In this document: piece after piece, positions 19,128 to 29,824 of the stretch | Position numbering within the stretch: the first letter of the stretch is position 1 | How the letters are laid out: each line of letters starts with the position of its first letter | NCBI GenBank assembly: GCA_016218045.1 | Contig: JACRFB010000052.1 | Location: 80,481-144,480, forward strand | Length of the DNA stretch: 64,000 nt | Source: Ignavibacteriota bacterium | GTDB taxonomy: Bacteria > Bacteroidota > Ignavibacteria > SZUA-365 | Reading direction: 5' to 3' | Made by a program: the position numbers and the translations under genes | Notes under the pieces: model-generated | The model's input: the letters and a program-made list of their open reading frames with translations, nothing else | The model's database searches: none | What the model was told of the DNA's origin: nothing

Positions 19128-20696
19128 ATGAATGTTGAAGTATACTGGCTCGTGCCGGTCCTCGTGGCCGTCGCAGCCCTGTTTTTATGGATTGGCTGGA
19201 TGCTCTACGCGCGTATCGGCACAAACAAAATCGCCGATGCGGAACTGCGTGCAAAGCAGATCCTGGAGGATGCCGACAAGGACATCGCCAACCTGAAGAA
19301 GGAAAAACTGCTTGAAGTAAAGGACGAATGGTTCAGGAAAAAGCAGGAGTTCGAAAAAGAGGCAAACAGGCAGCGGAGCAAACTGCAAAATTCCGAGAAG
19401 CAGCTCCAGAACAAGGAAGAGTCGCTTAACAGCCGGTTCGACCTCATCAATAAGAAGGAAAGTGCAGCAAAACAGGTGGAGCTTCGCCTCCAGCAGAAAG
19501 AGACGGAAATCGCCGAGCGCGCGACCCAATTGACACGTATCATCGACGAACAGACCGAACGACTTGAGCGCATAGCAGGTCTTTCGCGTGAGGAAGCCAA
19601 GAAACAGCTCATCGAGAATCTTCTGAACGACGCCAAGCTGGCCGCCGCGCAGCAGCTCAAGGAAGTGCGCGACGAGATGAAGGCGACCGCGAAGAAGGAA
19701 GCACGCAGAGTGATCATCCAGGCCATTCAGCGCACCGCCTCCGACCACTCGGTCGAAACCACCGTCAGCGTGCTCAACCTTCAGAGTGAGGAAATGAAGG
19801 GCCGTATCATCGGCCGCGAAGGCCGGAACATCCGCGCGTTTGAGGCGGCCACGGGAATCGATGTCATCGTCGACGACACGCCCGAGGCGGTCATCCTATC
19901 CGGCTTCGATCCCTTCCGTCGTGAGGTTGCGCGCATTTCACTGGAAACGTTGATGGCCGACGGCCGCATCCATCCGGCGCGCATCGAAGAAGTCGTGGAG
20001 AAGGTTCGAAAGGATCTCGAAGAGGAAGTTTTCCGCGTGGGCGAGAACACGCTGCTCGATCTCGGCATACATTCTGCGCACCCCGAAATAAAGCGCCATG
20101 TCGGCAAGATGAAATTCCGTTCGAGCTACGGGCAGAATCTTCTGCAGCACTCAGTGGAGGTGGCCTGGCTTTGCGGCATCATGGCGACGGAGCTGGATCT
20201 CGACAGCAAAATGGCGGTTCGTTGCGGCCTCCTGCATGACATAGGCAAATGTGTCGACAGGAACATCGAGGGTCCGCACGCCTTGCTCGGCATGGAAATC
20301 GCGAAGAAATATCGCGAGCACGCCGCGGTCATCAATGCGATTGGTTCCCATCACGAAGACATCGAGATGGAGACCCCCTTTGCCGCGCTCGTGCAGGCGG
20401 CCGATGCAATCAGCGGCGCCCGTCCCGGCGCGAGACGCGAATCGCTGGAGGGGTATGTGAAACGCCTTGAGAAGCTCGAGACCGTGGCAAAGAGTTTCGA
20501 AGGTGTCGCAAAAACATACGCGATACAGGCGGGCCGCGAGGTGCGCGTGGTGGTGGAACACGACCGTGTGGACGATTCGCTGGCCGATCAGCTTGCGAAC
20601 GATATCGCCGACAAAATCCAACAGGAGATGGAGTACCCCGGTCAAATCAAGGTGACGGTAATCCGCGAGAAACGATCCATCGCCTATGCGAAGTAA
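19128..20696 (+). CDS. rny: Ribonuclease Y
   Basis: N-terminal TM helix, Lys/Glu-rich coiled coil, KH domain (GRIIGREGRNIRAFE), HD domain (LLHDIGK, GSHHE). Confidence 0.95.
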   Translation: MNVEVYWLVPVLVAVAALFLWIGWMLYARIGTNKIADAELRAKQILEDADKDIANLKKEKLLEVKDEWFRKKQEFEKEANRQRSKLQNSEKQLQNKEESLNSRFDLINKKESAAKQVELRLQQKETEIAERATQLTRIIDEQTERLERIAGLSREEAKKQLIENLLNDAKLAAAQQLKEVRDEMKATAKKEARRVIIQAIQRTASDHSVETTVSVLNLQSEEMKGRIIGREGRNIRAFEAATGIDVIVDDTPEAVILSGFDPFRREVARISLETLMADGRIHPARIEEVVEKVRKDLEEEVFRVGENTLLDLGIHSAHPEIKRHVGKMKFRSSYGQNLLQHSVEVAWLCGIMATELDLDSKMAVRCGLLHDIGKCVDRNIEGPHALLGMEIAKKYREHAAVINAIGSHHEDIEMETPFAALVQAADAISGARPGARRESLEGYVKRLEKLETVAKSFEGVAKTYAIQAGREVRVVVEHDRVDDSLADQLANDIADKIQQEMEYPGQIKVTVIREKRSIAYAK

Positions 20697-20708
20697 GCTC
20701 CGCCTTGT

Positions 20709-21350
20709 ATGCCCGATCGTAAATATCCGAAACGCCCGTATCTGCTTGTCGCCTTAACGGGCGGATTCGGCAGCGGGAAGTCTACCGTCTCGGCCATGGT
20801 TGCCGAGCGGTATCCCGTTCTGAACAGTGATCTCATTGCCGCCGAGGTGATCGCCGGATCTGACTCGGTCCGCATGCAGATCCGCGAGGCGTTCGGGGGT
20901 GCCGTGTTTGATTCATCCGGCCGTCTCGACCGCACGGCATTGGCGCGCGTGGCCTTCGCCGACGACGCACACGCCTCGAAGTTGAACCGTATCGTCCATC
21001 CTCCAACCATCGCCGAAATCGAAAGCCGCGCACATGGCGTCGCGCGTGCTGGCGGCGTTGTCATCGTGGAATCAGCACTCGTGTATGAAGCGCGGCTCGA
21101 AAACCATTTTGACGCCGTAATCGCCGTGGTGGCTCGGCAGGAGACTGTGCTGCGCCGAGCGGCGGAAGCTGGGAGATTCACAGAGCACGATGTCCTGGCG
21201 CGCCTTGCGCGACAACTCGCTCCAGAAGAAAAGGCGGCCCGCGCAGACATCGTGCTGCACAACGATGGGACGATGGAAGAGTTGCGGGGTGCAACAACCA
21301 TGGCGCTCATCGTACTCGAGGCGATTGCGAGGAAACATGCAGGTGCCTGA
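20709..21350 (+). CDS. coaE: Dephospho-CoA kinase
   Basis: VALTGGFGSGKSTV P-loop, LNRIVHP motif. Confidence 0.9.
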   Translation: MPDRKYPKRPYLLVALTGGFGSGKSTVSAMVAERYPVLNSDLIAAEVIAGSDSVRMQIREAFGGAVFDSSGRLDRTALARVAFADDAHASKLNRIVHPPTIAEIESRAHGVARAGGVVIVESALVYEARLENHFDAVIAVVARQETVLRRAAEAGRFTEHDVLARLARQLAPEEKAARADIVLHNDGTMEELRGATTMALIVLEAIARKHAGA

Positions 21351-22527
21351 GCGCGACGCGCGCGCCATCATGCCAACATACGGGCGCCTTCCCCTCGACA
21401 TCACGCACGGCGAAGGGGCGTACATATTTGATCGCGCGGGGAACAGGTACCTCGATCTTTTCGGCGGCCTCGCGGTGAATCTGCTTGGGAACGCACATCC
21501 ACGCATGGTGGCGGCGGCGGAAAAACAGTTGCGTTTGTACGCACACCTGTCGAATTACTTCGCGCAGGAACCACAGGTGTTGTTGGCGGAACGGCTGAAG
21601 GAACTTACCGGATATCCAGCGGTTTATTTCTGTAATTCTGGTACCGAAGCGGCCGAAGCCGCGGTGAAACTGGCACGGAAGTGGGGAAGCACGCGCAGTA
21701 AAACGACCCTCATCGGATTTTCCGGTGCGTTCCACGGCCGGAGCATGAGCCCGCTCTCCCTGATGTCTCACGCACCGTACCGAGAGGGGTATCAGCCCTT
21801 CCTCGATGGCTGTCTCCATCTGCCTTGGAACGACACAGCCGCACTCGAACGCTCAGTGCATTCAGACACAGCGGCTGTCTTTCTCGAACCCATACAGGGC
21901 GAGGGCGGGATAGTCCCCGCGAGCGAAACCTTCATAGAAGCCCTGTCACGACTACGCGAAAAATACGGCTTCCTTATTGTGGCAGATGAAGTGCAGACCG
22001 GTGTCGGACGCACGGGCACGTTCCTCGCCGCGGATCCGGGACTCCTCCGCCCCGACGTGGTCATGCTTGCAAAGGGAATCGGTGGCGGCCTTCCTCTGGG
22101 TGCACTGCTCGTACGCGAGGAGCTCTCGGGAGTGTTCGGACGCGGCGGGCATGGAAGCACCTTCGGAGGAAATCCGGTGGCATGTGCGGCCGGACTCGCG
22201 GTGCTCGATGTCATCCGCGATGAGAAGCTCATGGCGCGCGCGCTCCACATCGGTGAAACATTCATGAACGCGATGCGCGCGTTTGCGCAGGAATCATCGC
22301 ATATGATCGTGGATGTGCGCGGTCGCGGATGTATGATCGGCATAGAGCTCGCAGCTCCGGCCTATCCAGTACTGCGCCGCTGTCTCGAGCAGGGCGTACT
22401 GATCAATGTGACGAGAGAACGGGTCATCCGGCTGCTGCCCCCGCTGATACTCAGCGACGAACAATGTGATGTTGCAGTCGAGACGCTCCGTGGGTGCATC
22501 CCCGCTGCGTTCGAGGACGCCGCATGA
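21337..22527 (+). CDS. Class-III PLP aminotransferase (acetylornithine aminotransferase-like)
   Basis: FCNSGTEAAEAAVKLAR, ADEVQTGVGRTG, STFGGNP. ATG 21337 chosen because it gives the typical MPTYGR N-terminus. Confidence 0.85.
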   Translation: MQVPERDARAIMPTYGRLPLDITHGEGAYIFDRAGNRYLDLFGGLAVNLLGNAHPRMVAAAEKQLRLYAHLSNYFAQEPQVLLAERLKELTGYPAVYFCNSGTEAAEAAVKLARKWGSTRSKTTLIGFSGAFHGRSMSPLSLMSHAPYREGYQPFLDGCLHLPWNDTAALERSVHSDTAAVFLEPIQGEGGIVPASETFIEALSRLREKYGFLIVADEVQTGVGRTGTFLAADPGLLRPDVVMLAKGIGGGLPLGALLVREELSGVFGRGGHGSTFGGNPVACAAGLAVLDVIRDEKLMARALHIGETFMNAMRAFAQESSHMIVDVRGRGCMIGIELAAPAYPVLRRCLEQGVLINVTRERVIRLLPPLILSDEQCDVAVETLRGCIPAAFEDAA

Positions 22528-24149
22528 AACACACATCCACGACCACGACACAATCCGATGTGCTGGTCATCGGCAGCGGGATCGCGGGCCTTTTTTACGC
22601 GCTCCGCGTCGCAGATCACCGGCGCGTGATCCTGGTCACAAAAAAACAGACCGTCGAATCGAACACTAATTACGCGCAGGGCGGCATCGCCTCCGTGTTC
22701 TCCGACAGCGACTCTTTTGATCTGCACGTCGAAGACACGCTGACGGCAGGCGCCGGCCTGTGCCGTCGCGAGATCGTGGAGCTCGTCATACGCGACGGTC
22801 CGCTTCTTGTGCGCGAACTCATGGAGATGGGTGTACGATTCACGGAAAGCGATGGACACCTGGACCTCGGCAGGGAAGGCGGACATTCACGCAACCGTAT
22901 CGTCCATGCGAAGGACTTGACCGGCAAGGAAATCGAACGGGCTCTCGTAGCCCGGGCTCGGAAACATCCGCGTATCACCGTGCTCGAGGATCACGTTGCA
23001 GTCGAGCTGATCACGCAGCACAACCTGCGCGACAACTCCTCACAGAATGGTGGTGTCACCTGCTGGGGTGCGTATGTTCTGGACAAGGAACACGGCGTCG
23101 TGCGCACCTTCCTTGCAGGCACAACGGTCCTGAGCAGCGGCGGCTGCGGACAGGTGTATCTCCACACCACCAATCCCGACATCGCCACGGGCGACGGGAT
23201 CGCCATGGCGTACCGGGCCGGAGCCACGGTGGCGAACATGGAATTCATCCAATTCCATCCCACCTCGCTCTACCATCCCGCGGCCCGATCGTTCCTCATT
23301 TCGGAAGCGGTGCGCGGGCATGGAGCCATGCTCCGTACCGCCGACGGCGTGCGCTTTATGGAAAGATACGACACGCGGGCGGAACTGGCGCCGCGCGACA
23401 TAGTGGCACGCGCCATCGACACCGAGTTGAAGCGCCGTGGCGACGATTGCGTGTACCTCGACATGACACATCTGGATCCCAAGGACGTCACCAGTCGTTT
23501 TCCCCATATCACCGAAACATGCTCGCGCTTCGGCATCGATATCACGAAACAGTGGATCCCTGTTGTCCCCGCGGCGCATTACGTGTGCGGCGGCGTCGTG
23601 TGTGATATCGACGCGCGTACATCGATCGACGGACTTCTCGCCTGCGGCGAAGTAAGCATGACCGGTTTGCATGGCGCCAATCGGCTCGCGAGCAATTCGC
23701 TTCTCGAAGCGCTCGTGTTTGCAGAGCGCGCAGCACGCAGCACTCTCGCCGAACCCCGCAGCGCGCCGGATCCCTCGGAGATCCTGCCGTGGGACGACAG
23801 CGGCACCTACAACACAGAGGAATGGATTCTTATTTCGCATAATCGACGGGAATTGCAATCCCTGATGTGGGATTTTGTCGGCATTGTGCGTTCGACGCTT
23901 AGACTCGAACGCGCGAGGCGTCGTATAGAAATGCTCCACGGAGAAGTCGAGAGTTTTTACAAACGGAACAGGGTATCGGAAGCGCTGGTGGAACTCCGCA
24001 ACCTCACACTCGTCGCGCGGCTCATCGTCGATTGCGCCCTGCTTCGGAAGGAGAGCAGGGGGCTTCATTTTACCACCGATTTTCCCGCGTCCGATCCCGC
24101 ACTGAGCACACGCGACACGATTCTGGCAGCGGACGCCAGCACACGCTGA
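22524..24149 (+). CDS. nadB: L-aspartate oxidase
   Basis: DVLVIGSGIAGL FAD fold, NTNYAQGGIA, EFIQFHPT, GLHGANRLASNSLLE. ATGA overlap with the preceding gene. Confidence 0.9.
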   Translation: MKHTSTTTTQSDVLVIGSGIAGLFYALRVADHRRVILVTKKQTVESNTNYAQGGIASVFSDSDSFDLHVEDTLTAGAGLCRREIVELVIRDGPLLVRELMEMGVRFTESDGHLDLGREGGHSRNRIVHAKDLTGKEIERALVARARKHPRITVLEDHVAVELITQHNLRDNSSQNGGVTCWGAYVLDKEHGVVRTFLAGTTVLSSGGCGQVYLHTTNPDIATGDGIAMAYRAGATVANMEFIQFHPTSLYHPAARSFLISEAVRGHGAMLRTADGVRFMERYDTRAELAPRDIVARAIDTELKRRGDDCVYLDMTHLDPKDVTSRFPHITETCSRFGIDITKQWIPVVPAAHYVCGGVVCDIDARTSIDGLLACGEVSMTGLHGANRLASNSLLEALVFAERAARSTLAEPRSAPDPSEILPWDDSGTYNTEEWILISHNRRELQSLMWDFVGIVRSTLRLERARRRIEMLHGEVESFYKRNRVSEALVELRNLTLVARLIVDCALLRKESRGLHFTTDFPASDPALSTRDTILAADASTR

Positions 24150-24265
24150 GACGCCACGTCCATCAACAAAAATCCGCACTCTCGGCCGGTACTCCCGCGT
24201 GGCAATACTGCCGATTTCACCACTTCTGCGGAATTATCCCGGCGTAACACGTGTTGCGGGAGGTG

Positions 24266-26803
24266 ATGATACTCCGTACGCACACAAACCGATTCGGCGC
24301 AATTTGGGCTATTTTGCACCTCTGCATGATGCTGGGCGCGGGAAGCTACGCGCAGGGGCAAAACGCCCGTCTCGAGGGCGTTGTTTTATCCGAGGTCGGA
24401 CCACTTGTCGGCGCAACCGTGCGTGTACTCGGCACAGGGTCGGGAGGATTGACCGATGCGGACGGGCGATTCCGTATCGACAGACTCGAGGCTCGAGTGT
24501 ATCAGGTGCAGGTGTCGATGATCGGTTTCGAATCGAGGAACGTTCGAATGACCGCATCCTCAGATCCGGCACCGCAGCGGGTGCAGCTCATCGAGCGTCC
24601 TGTCGTTCTCGATGCCGTCGAGGTCGTATCGGACGCGTTACGGCGGCCTGCGGAAGACACACGCGTCAGTGTGCAACAGCTTCAGCCGCGCGAAGCGAAG
24701 ATATTACCCGGCGCGGGTGAAGACGTCATGCGATCACTTCAATCATTGCCCGGTGTTGTGGCTCCGAACGATTTCAGTTCACAGCTTATCATTCGCGGCA
24801 GCGGACCCGATCAAAATCTTATTGTCATGGACGAGATCGAAGTGTTCAACCCGTACCGGCTGTACGGAGCCGTGAGCATGTTCAATCCCGAGACCATCAC
24901 AGACATCAGTCTCATTTCAGGCGGTTTCCCCGCGCGTTACGGCGATCGGCTCTCCGCCGTCCTCGATGTGACAAACAGGAATGGCAACGCGGATCGTGCC
25001 ATCGGGGCGAACATCAACATGAGCATAACGAATGCGAACGTGGTGCTCGAGGGGAGCAACCCTGGGTCGATTCCGGGGTCGTGGTTGCTGTCGACACGCA
25101 GGACGTATTACGATCTCATACTCGGTCCCATAGCACGGCAGACAGGCCTCGTCACTGGCGATGTGGCTTTCCCGAATTTCCGCGACGTACAGGCAAAGCT
25201 ATCATTCGGTCCTTTCAACCACTCACGGTTTGTCGTCAACGCTCTCAGCAGCCGCGATGGCGTGGACCTCGTGACGGGTGAGGGGCGTGAAACCCCCGAC
25301 AGCGTTTCAGTCTTCAACACGCTGTTCAACACCGTGCTCGGTGCGGCCTGGTACTACACACCAAACGAGCGACTCGTCAACAAGCTTGTGCTGTCGTATT
25401 ACGACAACACGGGCACGACCGAATTTGATGGGCGCTTTCTCGATCCGGTTCTGAACCGTGAGGAATTCAGGGGACAACAGACTGACAGTTTACGCGCTAT
25501 GGCGCGTCTGTTCGGAATTTCCTTCGACAACGAATTCCGTTTCCGGAAGACCTCCGTAAAGAACATGCTTCTACTCACAGACGAATCCCACGCGTTGGAT
25601 GCAGGTGTCGGTGTCGATGTGCTCGCGACGGATCTCACTTTTGCTTTCCGTGTATCGCCCGAGCTGCGTCAGATCATCGAGGCAAATCCGCGCTCCTCGG
25701 CACTGGTGGACGATATAGCACAGAGTTTAACGTACGTGAAGGCGCATGCCTATGTGCAGGACCGCATTCTCCTTGGCACTTCCTTCGCAGTGACCCCCGG
25801 CATTCGAGTGGATTACTACGGGCAGCTCGAAAGCGCTGTTGTTTCCCCACGGCTGTCCGCCTCCTATGCGGTTGATCCCGTTACAACATTTCGCGCCTCC
25901 ACGGGGCTGTATTACCAGTCGCCCGGATACGAAAAGCTGTTCGATCAAAATCAGTTTTTCGATTTCAGTTCCGACAACCTGCGCACGCTTTCTCCCGAAC
26001 GCGCCTGGCACGCGGTGCTCGGACTCGAACGATGGATCGACGAGCAGTGGCTCGCGAGAGTAGAGACATATTACAAACGTTTCGCCGATTTGATTGTGCA
26101 GAAAAAAACGTCCGCGCTGCGTTGGGAATCGGATCCGACAGGAGTGGATCCCCGCACAGCCGCCGGCTGGTCACAACCCTCGCTCGTGCGAAGGGATTCC
26201 CTGACCTCGATCCCCATCAATGGGGCGCGCGGCGACGCGTTCGGTATGGAACTCATGCTGGAGAAACGCTCGCTCGCGGGCGATGATCGCCTCTCGGGAT
26301 GGGTCAGCTACGCCCTCGCCTGGGCATACCGCGAGCGCGACGGAGTTCACACGCCGTTCAATTTCGATCAGCGGCACACGGCCAACATCGTGGGGAATTA
26401 CCGTGTGCTGCCATGGCTCGACATCGGCGCATTTTGGAGGATCGGTTCGAATTTCCCCATCACACAACCGCGAGGCGTGCGCCCGCGTATCGTGCTTGAG
26501 CAGGGTGTGCCGCAGTTCGCCAGGGATTTTTCCGGCAATGTGATTCTCGACATCGATTATGGGGATGAAGACAACATAAATCAGAGCCGCAAACCGCTGT
26601 ACCACCGCCTCGATTTGCGCGCGACAGCGACGACCCGTTTCTGGAACGCGGACTGGTCTTTCTACCTCGATATCATCAACGCGTACAATCATGGAAATGT
26701 GGCCAGTTTTCGGTACTTTGTTGACGCATCAGGACGCCTCGGCCGCAGGACTGTCACCATGTTTCCCTTACTCCCAACGCTCGGTGTGAGCGCCCGATTC
26801 TAA
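24266..26803 (+). CDS. TonB-dependent receptor with CarboxypepD_reg N-domain
   Basis: Signal peptide, LEGVVLSE..GATVRVLGT..TDADGRFRI, plug domain, long beta-barrel, C-terminal Phe. GTG 24251 is an alternative start. Confidence 0.9.
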   Translation: MILRTHTNRFGAIWAILHLCMMLGAGSYAQGQNARLEGVVLSEVGPLVGATVRVLGTGSGGLTDADGRFRIDRLEARVYQVQVSMIGFESRNVRMTASSDPAPQRVQLIERPVVLDAVEVVSDALRRPAEDTRVSVQQLQPREAKILPGAGEDVMRSLQSLPGVVAPNDFSSQLIIRGSGPDQNLIVMDEIEVFNPYRLYGAVSMFNPETITDISLISGGFPARYGDRLSAVLDVTNRNGNADRAIGANINMSITNANVVLEGSNPGSIPGSWLLSTRRTYYDLILGPIARQTGLVTGDVAFPNFRDVQAKLSFGPFNHSRFVVNALSSRDGVDLVTGEGRETPDSVSVFNTLFNTVLGAAWYYTPNERLVNKLVLSYYDNTGTTEFDGRFLDPVLNREEFRGQQTDSLRAMARLFGISFDNEFRFRKTSVKNMLLLTDESHALDAGVGVDVLATDLTFAFRVSPELRQIIEANPRSSALVDDIAQSLTYVKAHAYVQDRILLGTSFAVTPGIRVDYYGQLESAVVSPRLSASYAVDPVTTFRASTGLYYQSPGYEKLFDQNQFFDFSSDNLRTLSPERAWHAVLGLERWIDEQWLARVETYYKRFADLIVQKKTSALRWESDPTGVDPRTAAGWSQPSLVRRDSLTSIPINGARGDAFGMELMLEKRSLAGDDRLSGWVSYALAWAYRERDGVHTPFNFDQRHTANIVGNYRVLPWLDIGAFWRIGSNFPITQPRGVRPRIVLEQGVPQFARDFSGNVILDIDYGDEDNINQSRKPLYHRLDLRATATTRFWNADWSFYLDIINAYNHGNVASFRYFVDASGRLGRRTVTMFPLLPTLGVSARF

Positions 26804-26808
26804 AACCC

Positions 26809-28761
26809 ATGCATGCAGATTCCAGCAATAACGACTCCCCAGGCGGAGCCGTCTCTTTTCTCGACCACATAGACTCACCGGTGGATCTGAGGAAGCTCGA
26901 TGTTCACGATTTGCGCCACGTCAGCGCGGAAGTGCGCGAGTTTCTCATCGACCACGTGTCGAAGACCGGGGGCCATCTGGGCGCAGGACTCGGTACGGTC
27001 GAACTCGCGGTGGCCCTGCATTATGCGTTCGACACTCCCACCGATAAAATCGTATGGGACGTCGGTCATCAGGCCTATCCGCACAAAGTCCTGACCGGAC
27101 GCAAGGACCGCTTTTCGACCCTGCGACAGTTCGGCGGTATCAGCGGCTTTCTGAAACGGAAGGAGAGCGAATACGACGTGATGGGAGCGGGTCACGCCAC
27201 CACCTCGATCTCGACAGCGCTGGGCATCGCAACGGCTCGCGACTACAAACACGAGAAGTTCAAGGTTGTCGCGGTCATCGGCGACGGATCCATGACCGGC
27301 GGCATGGCGTACGAGGCGATGAACAATTGCGGCCTCCTCAAGAAAGACGTGATCGTCGTTTTAAACGACAACCAGATGTCGATTTCGCCGAACATGTGGT
27401 CGATCGCGAATCACTTCAACGAGGTGATCGCGTCACCCACCTATAATCGTTTTCGTAACAACGTGTGGGACCTCGCCGGACATTTTGATCACCTCGGCGA
27501 CCGCTTCAGAAAAGTGGCCGCAAAACTCGAAGGCGGCCTCAAAGCCGTGCTCACTCCCGGCATGCTCTTTGAAGCACTCGGCTTCCGGTACTTCGGTCCG
27601 GTGAACGGGCACAACATCGTCACACTAGTGCACATGTTCCGCGAGGTGCAGCAGTGGAGCGGACCCATCCTCGTGCACGTCGTCACCCAGAAGGGGAAGG
27701 GGTACGAACCTGCCGAGAAGGACGGCATGAATCTCCACGGCGTGAATCCCTTCGATAAAATCACGGGGAAATCGCCCAAGGTGAAGGATGCACCTCCGGC
27801 ATACACGACGATCTTCGGGAAAACCCTGACGGATCTCGCACAAAAAAACGACAAGGTTGTCGGAATTACCGCCGCCATGCTCACCGGTACCGGGCTTGAC
27901 ATACTGAAGAACGAGATGCCCGACCGCTGCTTCGACGTGGGCATCGCCGAACCACATGCCATCACATTCGCTGCGGGTCTTGCAACCGAGGGCTTCATTC
28001 CCGTCGCGGCGATTTATTCCACCTTCCTCCAGCGCGCGTACGACCAGATCATTCACGATATCGCCATTCAGGACTTGCACGTGGTCTTTGCGATCGATCG
28101 CGCAGGTTTGGTGGGCGCCGACGGTCCCACACATCACGGTTCTTTCGATCTGTCCTATCTGCGCGTGATACCCGGCATGGTCATCATGGCTCCGGCGGAC
28201 GAGCAGGAACTGCGTGACATGCTCTATACCGCCGTCGAGCACGTTCATGGTCCGGTCGCACTGCGATATCCACGCGGAAACGGGACCGGAAAACAGTTGC
28301 GCGAAGAGTATGAGAACGTGCCCGTGGGGAAGGGCGTGGTCTGGCGTGAAGGATCCGGGATCGCGCTGCTCGGCATCGGTTCGATGTCGCAACATTGTTT
28401 GAAGGCCGCGGATTTGCTTGCAAATCAGGGTGTGCAGGCGACAGTTGTGAACATGCGTTTTGTCAAACCGCTCGATACCGACCTGATAGACCGTATCGCT
28501 GAGACACATCCGTTCATCCTGACGGTGGAGGACAATGCGCGGATCGGCGGCTTCGGAAGCGCCGTGGCCGAGTATCTGAGCGAGAACGGGAAGCACGAAA
28601 CGCGAGTGCGTGTGCACGGACTGCCCGATTCGTTCGTTGAACAGGGAACGCAGGAAGAGTTGTACCGGAGCATCGATCTCGATCCTCTGGGTATCGCCCG
28701 GACCGCGCTGGGATTCATGGGCAAAGCGGCAACACTTCCGGTGGAACACGAGGAACGCTGA
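26809..28761 (+). CDS. dxs: 1-deoxy-D-xylulose-5-phosphate synthase
   Basis: GGHLGAGLGTVEL, VWDVGHQAYPHK, GDGSMTGGMAYEA, 650 aa. Confidence 0.95.
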   Translation: MHADSSNNDSPGGAVSFLDHIDSPVDLRKLDVHDLRHVSAEVREFLIDHVSKTGGHLGAGLGTVELAVALHYAFDTPTDKIVWDVGHQAYPHKVLTGRKDRFSTLRQFGGISGFLKRKESEYDVMGAGHATTSISTALGIATARDYKHEKFKVVAVIGDGSMTGGMAYEAMNNCGLLKKDVIVVLNDNQMSISPNMWSIANHFNEVIASPTYNRFRNNVWDLAGHFDHLGDRFRKVAAKLEGGLKAVLTPGMLFEALGFRYFGPVNGHNIVTLVHMFREVQQWSGPILVHVVTQKGKGYEPAEKDGMNLHGVNPFDKITGKSPKVKDAPPAYTTIFGKTLTDLAQKNDKVVGITAAMLTGTGLDILKNEMPDRCFDVGIAEPHAITFAAGLATEGFIPVAAIYSTFLQRAYDQIIHDIAIQDLHVVFAIDRAGLVGADGPTHHGSFDLSYLRVIPGMVIMAPADEQELRDMLYTAVEHVHGPVALRYPRGNGTGKQLREEYENVPVGKGVVWREGSGIALLGIGSMSQHCLKAADLLANQGVQATVVNMRFVKPLDTDLIDRIAETHPFILTVEDNARIGGFGSAVAEYLSENGKHETRVRVHGLPDSFVEQGTQEELYRSIDLDPLGIARTALGFMGKAATLPVEHEER

Positions 28762-28765
28762 CACC

Positions 28766-29773
28766 ATGAAACCGCTCTCCATCGGCGTTATCGGCGCCGG
28801 ACATATCGCACAGACAGCGCATCTGCCCATCCTGTCCCGCATGCAGGACGCGACGGTCGCGGCTCTGTGCGACTCCCGCAAAAGCACAGTCACAAACGTG
28901 GCCGGGCAGTACGGCATCACGGCGATCGACACCGACCATCAGCGTCTGCTTGCGCGGTCCGATATCGATGCCGTGGTGATTGCCACACCGACCGATACAC
29001 ATCTCCCGATCGGCCTGGCGGCGATCGAGGCAGGCAAACATCTGTTGATCGAGAAGCCCCTGGCAACCTCGCACAAAGACGCTGCCGCGCTGACACGTGC
29101 CGCGGAGAAGCGGGGTGTGGTGTTGATGGTGGGCATGAATCACAGGTTCAAGCAGGACAACACCACCTTGCGGAGTTTTATCCAAAGCGGCGAGTTGGGC
29201 GACATTTTCCTCGTGCAGGCAAGCTGGCTGAACTATCAGAGCACCAATCAGAGCTGGCTACGAAAGCGGGAACGTTCGGGCGGCGGTGTGTTCATGGACC
29301 TCGGTCTCGTCATGCTCGACCTTGTCTTATGGCTGCTCGATTTTCCCGTCGCACATAGCGTGAGCGCAGTGATGCAGCATGGAAAGGTTCGCGACGTGGA
29401 AGACTCCGCGAGTTGTTTTTTCCGTCTCGAAGGCGGCACCGCCGTGTCGCTTCACTGCAGTTGGAACGCCCCGGTCGAGAAATCGCAATTGTCGCTCGAT
29501 ATTGTCGGCACAAAAGGAAGTGCGAGTGTCAATCCGTTGCGCATCCGCAAGATCATCGCCGGCGTGCCGTCGAACGTGACGCCGGTTCTTCCCGAATCGA
29601 ACGCAAGTATTTTCCGCCGCTCCTACGAGCATCAGTTGCGCCATTTTCTTGGCGCCATCCGCGGATTACACCCCACCATTTCGACGGGCGCCGAGGCCGC
29701 CGCGCGGATGCGCCTCGTCGACGCCGCGTACCGCGCATCGGCACTCGGCCAGAGCGTGGAGCCCGCGGAGTAG
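28766..29773 (+). CDS. Gfo/Idh/MocA-family oxidoreductase
   Basis: LSIGVIGAGHIAQTAHLP Rossmann start, EKPLA motif. Confidence 0.85.
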   Translation: MKPLSIGVIGAGHIAQTAHLPILSRMQDATVAALCDSRKSTVTNVAGQYGITAIDTDHQRLLARSDIDAVVIATPTDTHLPIGLAAIEAGKHLLIEKPLATSHKDAAALTRAAEKRGVVLMVGMNHRFKQDNTTLRSFIQSGELGDIFLVQASWLNYQSTNQSWLRKRERSGGGVFMDLGLVMLDLVLWLLDFPVAHSVSAVMQHGKVRDVEDSASCFFRLEGGTAVSLHCSWNAPVEKSQLSLDIVGTKGSASVNPLRIRKIIAGVPSNVTPVLPESNASIFRRSYEHQLRHFLGAIRGLHPTISTGAEAAARMRLVDAAYRASALGQSVEPAE

Positions 29774-29824
29774 AACATGGTGGCGGACACGAGCACGCGG
29801 AGACAGCTCCACGCGGGACGCGCC

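Noticed and set aside
24150-24265. Possible riboswitch (TPP or cobalamin) upstream of the TonB-dependent receptor that precedes dxs
   Set aside because: I could not find the conserved cores (for example CUGAGA with ACCUGAUCUGGAUAAUGCCAGCG for TPP, or a GCCACUG B12 box), nor a convincing multi-stem fold.
27625-28932. 435-aa minus-strand ORF
   Set aside because: It is antisense to dxs and the Gfo/Idh/MocA gene. It has no domain signatures and a composition typical of shadow ORFs. The same reasoning applies to 838..1809, 3327..4307, 7694..8596, 11401..12618, 23040..24179, 30394..31635, 40118..41191, 43468..44451, 47563..48693, 55543..56589, 56731..57921, 58107..59069 and 59776..60888.
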